From an uncultured virus (IMG/VR IMGVR_UViG_3300042446_002147) (lineage: Duplodnaviria > Heunggongvirae > Uroviricota > Caudoviricetes): DNA of 61,769 bases. The notes beneath the pieces were generated by a model. It was not told where the DNA came from, did not search any database, and saw only the letters and a list, made by a program, of their open reading frames with translations. Where the stretch lies: IMG/VR virus record IMGVR_UViG_3300042446_002147, positions 62,001 to 123,769 of that record; one strand, 5' to 3'. Positions 51,247 through 58,861 of the stretch are shown here, piece after piece (positions within the stretch are counted from its first letter, which is position 1; every line of letters begins with the position of its first letter). The position numbers and the translations under genes are program-made.

Positions 51247-52230
51247 ATGAAAACAACAATAACCGGAATAAGAATCCAAGAAATGGATCCACCTGCAGGA
51301 ACGGGAGGAACAGGACCAACTCCGCCACCACCACCTATTGGAGATCCTGAAAACGTTGATAAATGGAAAGAAGATGAGGATGAGAAAAAAAGGGATCAAG
51401 ATGGAAAACCAGAAGAAGAAGATGATGAGGATACTTTCGAAAGAGGCTTAACTGGAGGTGGAGGAACTTCTAATGTTGGGGGAGTATTACCAACAGGATC
51501 TCTAGGAGATCTTGGTGGAGATTCTGGATTAAATGGTGAAACATTAGGAGAAGAATGGGAGACATCATTAAAAAGATCAGAAAATGCTGGAAACGTACCT
51601 GCTTCTGTTAAAAGAGCATTAGATAAATTAAAAAGACCTGTTATTGATTGGAAATCTGAACTTGAGAAATATATTGATGATGCAGTATCAAAAACTAAAT
51701 ATAAATTACCTGCTAGAAGATTTATTGGAGGCGGTGATGCTCAATACGGATATAAAAGATATAAAGAGGACTTTGAGAACTTAGTGATTGCTATAGACAC
51801 ATCAGGATCTATAACTAGACCTATGATTGAGCAATTTCTTTCAGAGACAATGAAAATTACAGAGGATTACGCTCCACAAAAAACAGTAATACTTTATTGT
51901 GATACCCAAGTTTATGCCCCAGATATTTTAGAACCAGGAGATACTCCAGATTTTAATAAGATTGCTGGAGGTGGGGGAACTAATTTTTGGCCTCCTTTTA
52001 AATGGGTGGAAAAAAACATACTTGACGTGGGTGAAACCCCAACGGTATTTATATACTTCACTGATGGATTTGCAGAATTTCCTAAATCATCCGAATACGG
52101 AATAGATGGTTATGATGATAGATGTATTTGGGTATTCTTATCTTTTAATGGAGAGCCTTTTGGAAACGATCAACCTTTTGGTGAAAGAATAGATATCACA
52201 CTGGCAAATAAAGAAGTGGAAACTATATAA
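51247..52230 (+). CDS. vWA-domain protein (DUF2201 C-terminal half)
   Basis: IDWKSELEKY, MIDAS VIAIDTSGSI, GGGGTNF, YFTDG. Confidence 0.88.
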   Translation: MKTTITGIRIQEMDPPAGTGGTGPTPPPPPIGDPENVDKWKEDEDEKKRDQDGKPEEEDDEDTFERGLTGGGGTSNVGGVLPTGSLGDLGGDSGLNGETLGEEWETSLKRSENAGNVPASVKRALDKLKRPVIDWKSELEKYIDDAVSKTKYKLPARRFIGGGDAQYGYKRYKEDFENLVIAIDTSGSITRPMIEQFLSETMKITEDYAPQKTVILYCDTQVYAPDILEPGDTPDFNKIAGGGGTNFWPPFKWVEKNILDVGETPTVFIYFTDGFAEFPKSSEYGIDGYDDRCIWVFLSFNGEPFGNDQPFGERIDITLANKEVETI

Positions 52231-52234
52231 AAAT

Positions 52235-52243
52235 AGATATATA
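52235..52243 (+). promoter_or_regulatory. Putative late-promoter motif AGATATATA
   Basis: Upstream of the MoxR-like ATPase. Confidence 0.6.
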
Positions 52244-52268
52244 AGAAATAAAATAAGAAATATTAAGG

Positions 52269-53858
52269 ATGAAAAAAATCTATAACTTTAAAGAATTCGT
52301 AAATGAATCTTACAATGTAGACGAAGGGGTATTATCTAATATCGGTAGCAAGATTTCACAATGGGCTAAACAGCTTATGACCGCAGTAAGAAATGGCATT
52401 ATTAGAATGATCTCATCTGGTCCTAAAAAGGGATTACCTGCTTATGTGTTATTTAATTCAGATGAAGGATCTATCTCAGATCAAGTTGAAAAATTCTATC
52501 GCGGAACACCTTATTATGATATGAACAATATCAATAATCCTTCCGTAGCAAACGAGGCAGTGATTCCTTTGGAATGGGATAGAGAGGATGATGTACCTAA
52601 TTCACTTCCCGAAGAAATAGAATCAGATATTAGAAGAAGTCTTAAAGCTTGTTTATCCATTGCAGATCAAATGGATGCCACAACTGATATGGACGAAAAA
52701 GCAAGATTACAAAGGGAATTAAGAAAAGTTAAACCATATTTTATTTATGGAGCACCTGGTATTGGTAAAACACAAATCATAGCTAAAATATGCGATGAGC
52801 TTGGGTTAAACCTATTGAATTGCGATGGATTAAGTGCAGAACCAGTAGACTTTGCTGGTGTACCTAAAGTGGTAGATATTGAAGCTCCATCAGCAGAAAA
52901 TCCATTAGGTAGGGGGGTTACAAGATCTAACGTAAGTGCGGATATTTTACCATATGATAACGGAAAAGGTGGAAAAGGGGGTATCTTATTTATTGATGAA
53001 TTCAACCGTATGCCTGTTGAAGTACAAAAGATATTCTTATTATTAGCTCAGCAAAGAAGACTTGGTGTTAATTATGACATGCCTAATAGATGGTATATCG
53101 TAGCAGCAGGAAATAGAAAAGTTGATGACCCTAAGGGTGGTATTGTTGAAATGGGATCTGCATTACAGGATAGATTTGAGATTGTCAATCTTATTACTAA
53201 TCCAGCATCAATGAGAAAATATGTAGAGACTACTCCTGGATTATCTGATATATTCCTACCAGAACTTCTTGATTTCTTAGATTTTGATGCTAGTTGGTTC
53301 CACATGAATGATCCAACTGCTAAGAAATTAAAATACCCTACTCCTAGAGCTTGGGAAGATGCTTCTAGAGCAGTTAGAAGGGTTCTTCAAGAGTATGAAC
53401 AAAAAGGAATATCAGAAGTGCCTCATAGCGTATTAGCAAGAGAATTTCAGAAGAACGTAGGTAGAGATGCTGCTGTAATGTTCTTAGATTTCTATAAGAT
53501 AGCTCAGCAGATCCCAGTTAAAGAATTATCGCTTCCTTTTACTGATCCTGATAGAGCTCCTATTCCTAGTGAATACCAAGGAAAAACTAAAAAATCAGGT
53601 ACTACTAATAGAACTGATTATGAGCACGCTTTATTCACTGCTGTAATTAGAAAAAGCACGGAATTACCAAAATTAACAAGCACTGAGTCTTGTAACTTTT
53701 CAAAATGGTTAAGAAGAGTTAATGCACCAGAGATGGGAGCAATGGCAATCACATCATTCTTCCAAAAACATCCTCATTTATTAGAAGATTATGCAACTAT
53801 GGAATGTTTAGGACCATTAGCTGATCAATGGGGAGCAGAAATTGGAGTTCAATTTTAA
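52269..53858 (+). CDS. MoxR-like AAA+ ATPase with capsid-targeting-like N-terminal extension
   Basis: GAPGIGKT, GILFIDEFNR, IVAAGNR, ALQDRF, PTPRAWE; starts MKKIYNFKEFVNES. Confidence 0.9.
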   Translation: MKKIYNFKEFVNESYNVDEGVLSNIGSKISQWAKQLMTAVRNGIIRMISSGPKKGLPAYVLFNSDEGSISDQVEKFYRGTPYYDMNNINNPSVANEAVIPLEWDREDDVPNSLPEEIESDIRRSLKACLSIADQMDATTDMDEKARLQRELRKVKPYFIYGAPGIGKTQIIAKICDELGLNLLNCDGLSAEPVDFAGVPKVVDIEAPSAENPLGRGVTRSNVSADILPYDNGKGGKGGILFIDEFNRMPVEVQKIFLLLAQQRRLGVNYDMPNRWYIVAAGNRKVDDPKGGIVEMGSALQDRFEIVNLITNPASMRKYVETTPGLSDIFLPELLDFLDFDASWFHMNDPTAKKLKYPTPRAWEDASRAVRRVLQEYEQKGISEVPHSVLAREFQKNVGRDAAVMFLDFYKIAQQIPVKELSLPFTDPDRAPIPSEYQGKTKKSGTTNRTDYEHALFTAVIRKSTELPKLTSTESCNFSKWLRRVNAPEMGAMAITSFFQKHPHLLEDYATMECLGPLADQWGAEIGVQF

Positions 53859-53861
53859 TAG

Positions 53862-54134
53862 ATGAAAAAATTCAGTGAAATAATGGAAGGTCATACATCA
53901 AAGTATGACCTTTCTAATAGTAAGAGATTATTAGAAGAAGCCATGGAAAAAATAAACATGGTTAGAGAGGAGTTTTCTAAATTAGAAGATGCTGATGTGA
54001 CTGAGTTAGAAGAGGGATGGAATCTAATAGATAGATACTACGGTAATTTAACCAAGGGACAAATATTCAAAAGAAGAAAGAAAGATCAATACATACCTAA
54101 TACATCCGCTAAAATTCCGGAGAGAGGTTTTTAA
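53862..54134 (+). CDS. Small hypothetical protein with capsid-targeting-like N-terminus
   Basis: Starts MKKFSEIMEG. Confidence 0.6.
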   Translation: MKKFSEIMEGHTSKYDLSNSKRLLEEAMEKINMVREEFSKLEDADVTELEEGWNLIDRYYGNLTKGQIFKRRKKDQYIPNTSAKIPERGF

Positions 54135-54137
54135 TTA

Positions 54138-54146
54138 AGATATATA
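54138..54146 (+). promoter_or_regulatory. Putative late-promoter motif AGATATATA
   Basis: In the 16-nt gap before ATG 54151. Confidence 0.6.
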
Positions 54147-54150
54147 GAAT

Positions 54151-54684
54151 ATGAAACACATTAAATTATTTGAAAATTTCTTAAATGAAGATGGATACGG
54201 AAGAGACTTCTTTGTAAAAAAGAAAGACGGTAAACTTTCTCAATATTTTTTTAAGATTGAGGGAGAAGAGGAGGATCTAGGATTTGTAATAAATCTTGGT
54301 AAACTATCTAGAAATATCACCATAGAATCTGCAGAGAATAGTTATGCTGTTCTTTCCGTAGAGCCTATCAGAGAATCTGTGATGGATGATTTTTTAGTGA
54401 AAGATTCGGATTTTAAATCAAGAGAAGATGATCAATTCACATTGACTAAATCTGAATATATGAGATTCTATAAGATTGTTGGTGAATGTATAAAAGATTA
54501 CTTACAATCTAATCCTAAGGTTTCTATTATTTATGATGAGGTACCTTTAAATCTTGATATGGATTTTGAAGAGTATTCAGATAAAGTTAAATCTCTTATG
54601 GATGAATGGAGCTACGGTAAATGGAGCTCACAAGAGGGAGCAACAAAGAAAACATTAATTTATTCTAGAAGAGACCATGATTAA
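54151..54684 (+). CDS. Hypothetical protein with capsid-targeting-like N-terminus
   Basis: Starts MKHIKLFENFLNED; preceded by AGATATATA. Confidence 0.65.
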   Translation: MKHIKLFENFLNEDGYGRDFFVKKKDGKLSQYFFKIEGEEEDLGFVINLGKLSRNITIESAENSYAVLSVEPIRESVMDDFLVKDSDFKSREDDQFTLTKSEYMRFYKIVGECIKDYLQSNPKVSIIYDEVPLNLDMDFEEYSDKVKSLMDEWSYGKWSSQEGATKKTLIYSRRDHD

Positions 54685-54994
54685 TAATATTCTTTCATAT
54701 GATGAATTTATATTAGAATCTAGGATACCTATAGCTTGGGCTAAGCCTTCAGTAACAACTACTAAGGTACTTTCATTCATAGGAGAGAAAGAAAAAGTAA
54801 CCAAGAAAGAACTATTAGAATTCTTAGATAGTATACCAGAAGATGCTTCAGGTAAGAAACCCAGTATGTCTTGGGTTAGAAATCAGAAGAAATATATCAA
54901 GTATAAAATACAAGAAGAAGATGCTAACCACTTTGAATTGACCGCTTTAGGCAAGAGAGTTTTAAAATCTTTCAGGATTAATGAAACAAAATGA
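54677..54994 (+). CDS. Small winged-helix-like protein with capsid-targeting-like N-terminus
   Basis: Starts MINNILSYDEFILES; KVLSFI..KEKVTKKELLEFL...FELTALGKRVL resembles a wHTH wing. Confidence 0.55.
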   Translation: MINNILSYDEFILESRIPIAWAKPSVTTTKVLSFIGEKEKVTKKELLEFLDSIPEDASGKKPSMSWVRNQKKYIKYKIQEEDANHFELTALGKRVLKSFRINETK

Positions 54995-55028
54995 AATAAT
55001 TAGGATACAATTATTAAAATAAACAATT

Positions 55029-55208
55029 ATGGAAAATTACGAAAAAATTAAAGAATTAGTAGAAAGCATGCAAAAAGACATGGAAGCTTTCTATGTAAAA
55101 GGTAACAAATCAGCAGGAACACGAGTTCGTACTGCTTGCCAAGACCTTAAAAAATTGGCTCAAGATCTAAGAGTAAATGTACAAGAAACTAAGAACACTA
55201 AAGCTTAA
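55029..55208 (+). CDS. Histone H1-like Hc1 family protein (Bacteroidota type); not in the ORF track
   Basis: Translated by hand: MENYEKIKELVESMQKDMEAFYVKGNKSAGTRVRTACQDLKKLAQDLRVNVQETKNTKA, with the KGNKxAGTRxR signature. Confidence 0.85.
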   Translation: MENYEKIKELVESMQKDMEAFYVKGNKSAGTRVRTACQDLKKLAQDLRVNVQETKNTKA

Positions 55209-55213
55209 TTAAA

Positions 55214-55444
55214 ATGGGATACTACATTTGTAAAGTTAGCTTTTTTAGTGGGGAAGTTTCTAAAAGTACAGGAAAAGCGAAAGCTTCTAGGTCTGAAATT
55301 TTAGTCGAAGCAGAAACAGTAACACATGCCGAAACTAGACTTCATGAACATTTAGCTGGAGACAATTCTACTGCTCATTTAGACTTTGAAGTTACTTCTG
55401 TTGCTCAATCTAAGATTGAGTCAGTGGTACATCTTAAAGGCTAA
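55214..55444 (+). CDS. DUF4494-like small protein
   Basis: YYICKV...G..K...E.LVEAETVTHAETRL...FEVTSV..SKI resembles the Bacteroidota DUF4494 pattern. Confidence 0.6.
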   Translation: MGYYICKVSFFSGEVSKSTGKAKASRSEILVEAETVTHAETRLHEHLAGDNSTAHLDFEVTSVAQSKIESVVHLKG

Positions 55445-55455
55445 AAAACACTTTT

Positions 55456-55492
55456 AACTCCTGATGGATATATAATCTATCAGGGGTTTTTT
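55456..55492 (+). terminator. Intrinsic terminator hairpin overlapping a GGATATATA motif
   Basis: AACTCCTGATGGAT-ATATA-ATCTATCAGGGGTT stem-loop (two G-U pairs) followed by Ts. Confidence 0.7.
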
Positions 55493-55516
55493 GTATCCTC
55501 TGGTTTCAATAATTAT

Positions 55517-55690
55517 ATGAAGAAGAGAAAAACTACATCAGCAGAAACTAGCTCATATCTACCACCAGATTCACCAGTGAAGATACCGGTAGGAGATACG
55601 GGTTTTAATATGGTTAAGAAAAACTACAATAGGTTTATATGGACTTGGAATGAATATATAGACAAGAAACCTAAAATTACAAAAAGTTAA
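55517..55690 (+). CDS. Small hypothetical protein (57 aa); not in the ORF track
   Basis: Translated by hand: MKKRKTTSAETSSYLPPDSPVKIPVGDTGFNMVKKNYNRFIWTWNEYIDKKPKITKS; stops 2 nt before the next ATG. Confidence 0.55.
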   Translation: MKKRKTTSAETSSYLPPDSPVKIPVGDTGFNMVKKNYNRFIWTWNEYIDKKPKITKS

Positions 55691-55692
55691 TT

Positions 55693-56031
55693 ATGCCAGC
55701 AGTTTCTAAGACACAGCAAAGATTAATGGGACAGGCTTACGGAGTCAGAAAATTTATGGATACTAACGGTAAAGATGGTATTGATCCCGATAGTATAAAA
55801 TCTGCTTATAGACAAACTATTGTTGAGCTAGCAAGTAATATGAAGAAGAAATCTTTAAAGGATTTTGCTTCAACCAAACATAATAAATTACCAGAGGAAG
55901 TTGAAGAGGGAGAAATTCCTGCAATATATAATTATCTTAAACCTGAATCTAATAAACCAGGCAAAAAATCTAAATCTTCCAAGATGTCAAATCTTGCAGA
56001 TTATAGAGAATTTATATCTAATAAAAAATAA
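55693..56031 (+). CDS. Small phage protein of the MPAxSKxQQRLMG type
   Basis: MPAVSKTQQRLMGQAY...LKDFASTKHNKLPE; ends LADYREFI. Confidence 0.65.
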   Translation: MPAVSKTQQRLMGQAYGVRKFMDTNGKDGIDPDSIKSAYRQTIVELASNMKKKSLKDFASTKHNKLPEEVEEGEIPAIYNYLKPESNKPGKKSKSSKMSNLADYREFISNKK

Positions 56032-56034
56032 AAT

Positions 56035-56508
56035 ATGGAAGAAGTAAACGAAGATTGTGGATGTGGTGGTACAACTGACAACATCAGAAGTTTTAATACT
56101 AATAGTACACCTAGATACTCTCAAGATCCTTTAGTTGGTAGAAGAGTTAGTCTAAGAGACGGTAGAAGTGGATTAGTTGATGATTCGATTAGAAACAATA
56201 CAGGAGAAGTAATAGGATATGTAATTGAAGGCGATAGAGGTAACTACAGAGTCTTTAAAGATAAAATAGTTGGTCCAATGGAAGAAAGTGGAGGTGCAAT
56301 GGCATCTTTATCTAGTACACCAGGAATGGGAGATGTGATTCCCCCTGGACCAGGAAGAACAGGATCTGGTGATCAATTCCCTTCATTAACTGTGGGAACA
56401 CCTGCAGCTGGAAAGAAAAAGAAAAAGAAAGATTCTAATAAGAATCCTCTTGATTCATCTGTGATGGATTATAAAAGCTTTCTTACTAATTCAAAAAAGA
56501 ATCAATAA
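56035..56508 (+). CDS. Hypothetical protein
   Basis: Starts VNEDCGC; SH3-like middle; TPGMG and GSGD motifs; ends VMDYKSFL. Confidence 0.6.
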   Translation: MEEVNEDCGCGGTTDNIRSFNTNSTPRYSQDPLVGRRVSLRDGRSGLVDDSIRNNTGEVIGYVIEGDRGNYRVFKDKIVGPMEESGGAMASLSSTPGMGDVIPPGPGRTGSGDQFPSLTVGTPAAGKKKKKKDSNKNPLDSSVMDYKSFLTNSKKNQ

Positions 56509-56509
56509 G

Positions 56510-57091
56510 ATGAATCATATACGATCATTTAGAAGTCTTTTTGAAGGAGTAAGTGCAGTAACAACTAATTGGTATATTGTAGATAACGAAGCTTCTTTTG
56601 ATAAGATAAAAGGTAATGGATATATGCTTTTTAGCCAGGTAGGCATAATGACTATCGTTTATGTTAAACCTAAAGTAGAGGAAGAAGCTAGATTGGATTT
56701 TTATTTTGATAAAGCAAAATCACCAGATAAGAAAAGCATTTGTGTTTGTAAGATAATAGCTAATGACGGTAAAGTTAGGAGCTCTAAAAATTTTGATGAT
56801 GTAACTACAGATAATGTTTGGGACATAACAGCTACGTTTTTTGATTATTGTGATTTAGAGAAGTCTGAAAAATCAATTAGAGATAAATTCATGATGGGAT
56901 ATTCTAAGACAATAAAGGATATCTTTAAAGGTGATACAGAAAGAATACCCGGATCATTTAAAACATATTTGAATTATATGAAAGAATGGGCAAAGAAATC
57001 TATAGAGGGTGTTTCTTTAGATAAGAATGAAGATAATTACGATTTCCGAGAGATGATTAAAGAATTTATTGCTTTCTTTAAAAAATCATAA
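56510..57091 (+). CDS. Hypothetical protein with capsid-targeting-like N-terminus
   Basis: Starts MNHIRSFRSLFEG. Confidence 0.6.
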   Translation: MNHIRSFRSLFEGVSAVTTNWYIVDNEASFDKIKGNGYMLFSQVGIMTIVYVKPKVEEEARLDFYFDKAKSPDKKSICVCKIIANDGKVRSSKNFDDVTTDNVWDITATFFDYCDLEKSEKSIRDKFMMGYSKTIKDIFKGDTERIPGSFKTYLNYMKEWAKKSIEGVSLDKNEDNYDFREMIKEFIAFFKKS

Positions 57092-57391
57092 TTTTTCTTT
57101 CTGTCTCAATTGGATAAGATAATTTTCCCAGATTGATCCTCCTTCTTTTATACCAGGTTTAGCGCTCTTGTGTAACTTAGCTCTTTGTGACATTATATAC
57201 GATGCTATAATAGCATCTTTTAATTCTATTTCTTTTTTATCCAACATTTCTTGTAATCTTCTTATTGATTTTAGAGCTTCGTCCCTATTTGCAAATCTTA
57301 ATCCTTTAGGATAGCTTTGTCCTGAGTCGAAAGGTTTAATATCATTTAGATAAATCTGTTCGAATAATTTGAAGGTTAGAATTTTTTTCAC
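57086..57391 (-). CDS. Small hypothetical protein (GTG start) with capsid-targeting-like N-terminus
   Basis: Starts MKKILTFKLFEQ; a minus-strand GAATATATA lies 4 nt upstream. Confidence 0.65.
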   Translation of the reverse strand: MKKILTFKLFEQIYLNDIKPFDSGQSYPKGLRFANRDEALKSIRRLQEMLDKKEIELKDAIIASYIMSQRAKLHKSAKPGIKEGGSIWENYLIQLRQKEKL

Positions 57392-57395
57392 TTAT

Positions 57396-57404
57396 TATAT
57401 ATTC
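57396..57404 (-). promoter_or_regulatory. Putative late-promoter motif GAATATATA (minus strand)
   Basis: Orientation flips together with the minus-strand gene at 57391. Confidence 0.6.
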
Positions 57405-57445
57405 TAAAATGAAACCTCTTTCAATTATTATTATAAGATAAGAGT

Positions 57446-58852
57446 ATGATAATCGATATAGAAAATACAGGAGGCGGTTTAACGGTCTCACATTACACCG
57501 AAGAAGGTGAAGTTAATATGTTAAAAATCCCAGTACCAAAGGCATTACAATTTGTTTGGCAAAAGACACAGGATTACGATAAAGCCAAAGATAAAGAATG
57601 GCTTTCTTGGGACGCAAAACCTATTAAGAAAGTTTCTTCCACAAAATTTGATAAGTATAGAGTAGTAGAAATATTAGAAGCTATAGATCCGGAGATAACT
57701 AAACCTTTATGGGATTATCAGACTCCGAAAAAATACTTTGTCGATATAGAGGTAGAGATCACAGATAATCGTGCAGATTCATTAGACACTGAGAATGCTA
57801 AGAATAGAGTGCTTTCAATAGGAATGGCTTCTTCTCACGGAAAGGTACTAGTGATTGGTCTACAAGATATGACACCCGAAAGGATTCTTAAAATTGAAAA
57901 AAGAATTAAAGAGCATTTTAAAGACCAGGAAGGAGATTGGACATTTAATTATAGGAAGTTTGAAAGTGAATTTGATATGATGTACACATTTCTTTCTAAG
58001 TTAGTTCCAAAAATGCCTTTAATTACTGGATGGAACTGGTTTGGGTATGACTGGCCTTATTTGATAAACAGAGCTAGGAGATTAGGTATAGATCCTAAAA
58101 TTGCTTCACCGAGTGGAGTTCTTCTAGGAAAGAATCAAATACCTATGCATGTACTAATGGTTGACTATCTGGACATTTACAAAAAATGGGATAGGGTAGT
58201 TAAGATCAGAGAATCTAATTCTTTAGACTATGTGGCAACTCAAGCAATTGGTATTAAAAAAATTGCTTATAATGGAACATTAAAAGATTTATATGAATCT
58301 GATTTTGATACATTCATATTCTATAATGCTATTGACTGTGGTCTTGTTCATTATATTGATAGAAGACTCGATACTCTTTCTACATTCTTTAAAATAGCAG
58401 AAGTTAGTAGAGTGGAGATTAATAGAGCACTTTCTCCTGTATGGACTACAGAAGTACTTATGTTAAGAAAATTCTTAGAAAGAAAAAGAGTTATACTAAG
58501 TGAAAGAAAAGAAGAGAACCACGTAAAATTTGAAGGAGCCTATGTAAAGAAACCAGAGAGAGGAATTTATGAATGGATCGCTTGCTTTGACTTTGCTTCA
58601 CTGTATCCTAATACTATGATGCAATGGGGAATTTCACCAGAGGTTTATATAGGAAAGAATCTAAAAGAAATACCAGAAGGAGCAATTAAGACATCATCAG
58701 GAGCAGTATTTTACAGCAAAGAAGGAAAGGAACCTATACTTAGAGAAATATTACAAGGATTATACTCGCAAAGGAAAGCAACTAAGAAGAAATATTTTGA
58801 ATGTGAAAAAGAAATAGAAAAAATTAAAAAAGTAATAAAAACAAAACAATAA
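57446..58852 (+). CDS. Family B DNA polymerase, N-terminal subunit (3'-5' exonuclease plus motif A) of a split enzyme
   Basis: ExoI VDIEV, ExoII GWNWFGYDWPYL, ExoIII YNAID and motif A DFASLYP are present. The ORF ends in the fingers, before motifs B and C. Confidence 0.9.
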   Translation: MIIDIENTGGGLTVSHYTEEGEVNMLKIPVPKALQFVWQKTQDYDKAKDKEWLSWDAKPIKKVSSTKFDKYRVVEILEAIDPEITKPLWDYQTPKKYFVDIEVEITDNRADSLDTENAKNRVLSIGMASSHGKVLVIGLQDMTPERILKIEKRIKEHFKDQEGDWTFNYRKFESEFDMMYTFLSKLVPKMPLITGWNWFGYDWPYLINRARRLGIDPKIASPSGVLLGKNQIPMHVLMVDYLDIYKKWDRVVKIRESNSLDYVATQAIGIKKIAYNGTLKDLYESDFDTFIFYNAIDCGLVHYIDRRLDTLSTFFKIAEVSRVEINRALSPVWTTEVLMLRKFLERKRVILSERKEENHVKFEGAYVKKPERGIYEWIACFDFASLYPNTMMQWGISPEVYIGKNLKEIPEGAIKTSSGAVFYSKEGKEPILREILQGLYSQRKATKKKYFECEKEIEKIKKVIKTKQ

Positions 58853-58861
58853 AAATAAATT

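Noticed and set aside
57446..58852. PolB as a pseudogene
   Set aside because: All motifs up to the break are intact, no decayed C-terminal remnant follows, and the break falls at the fingers, where natural splits are known.
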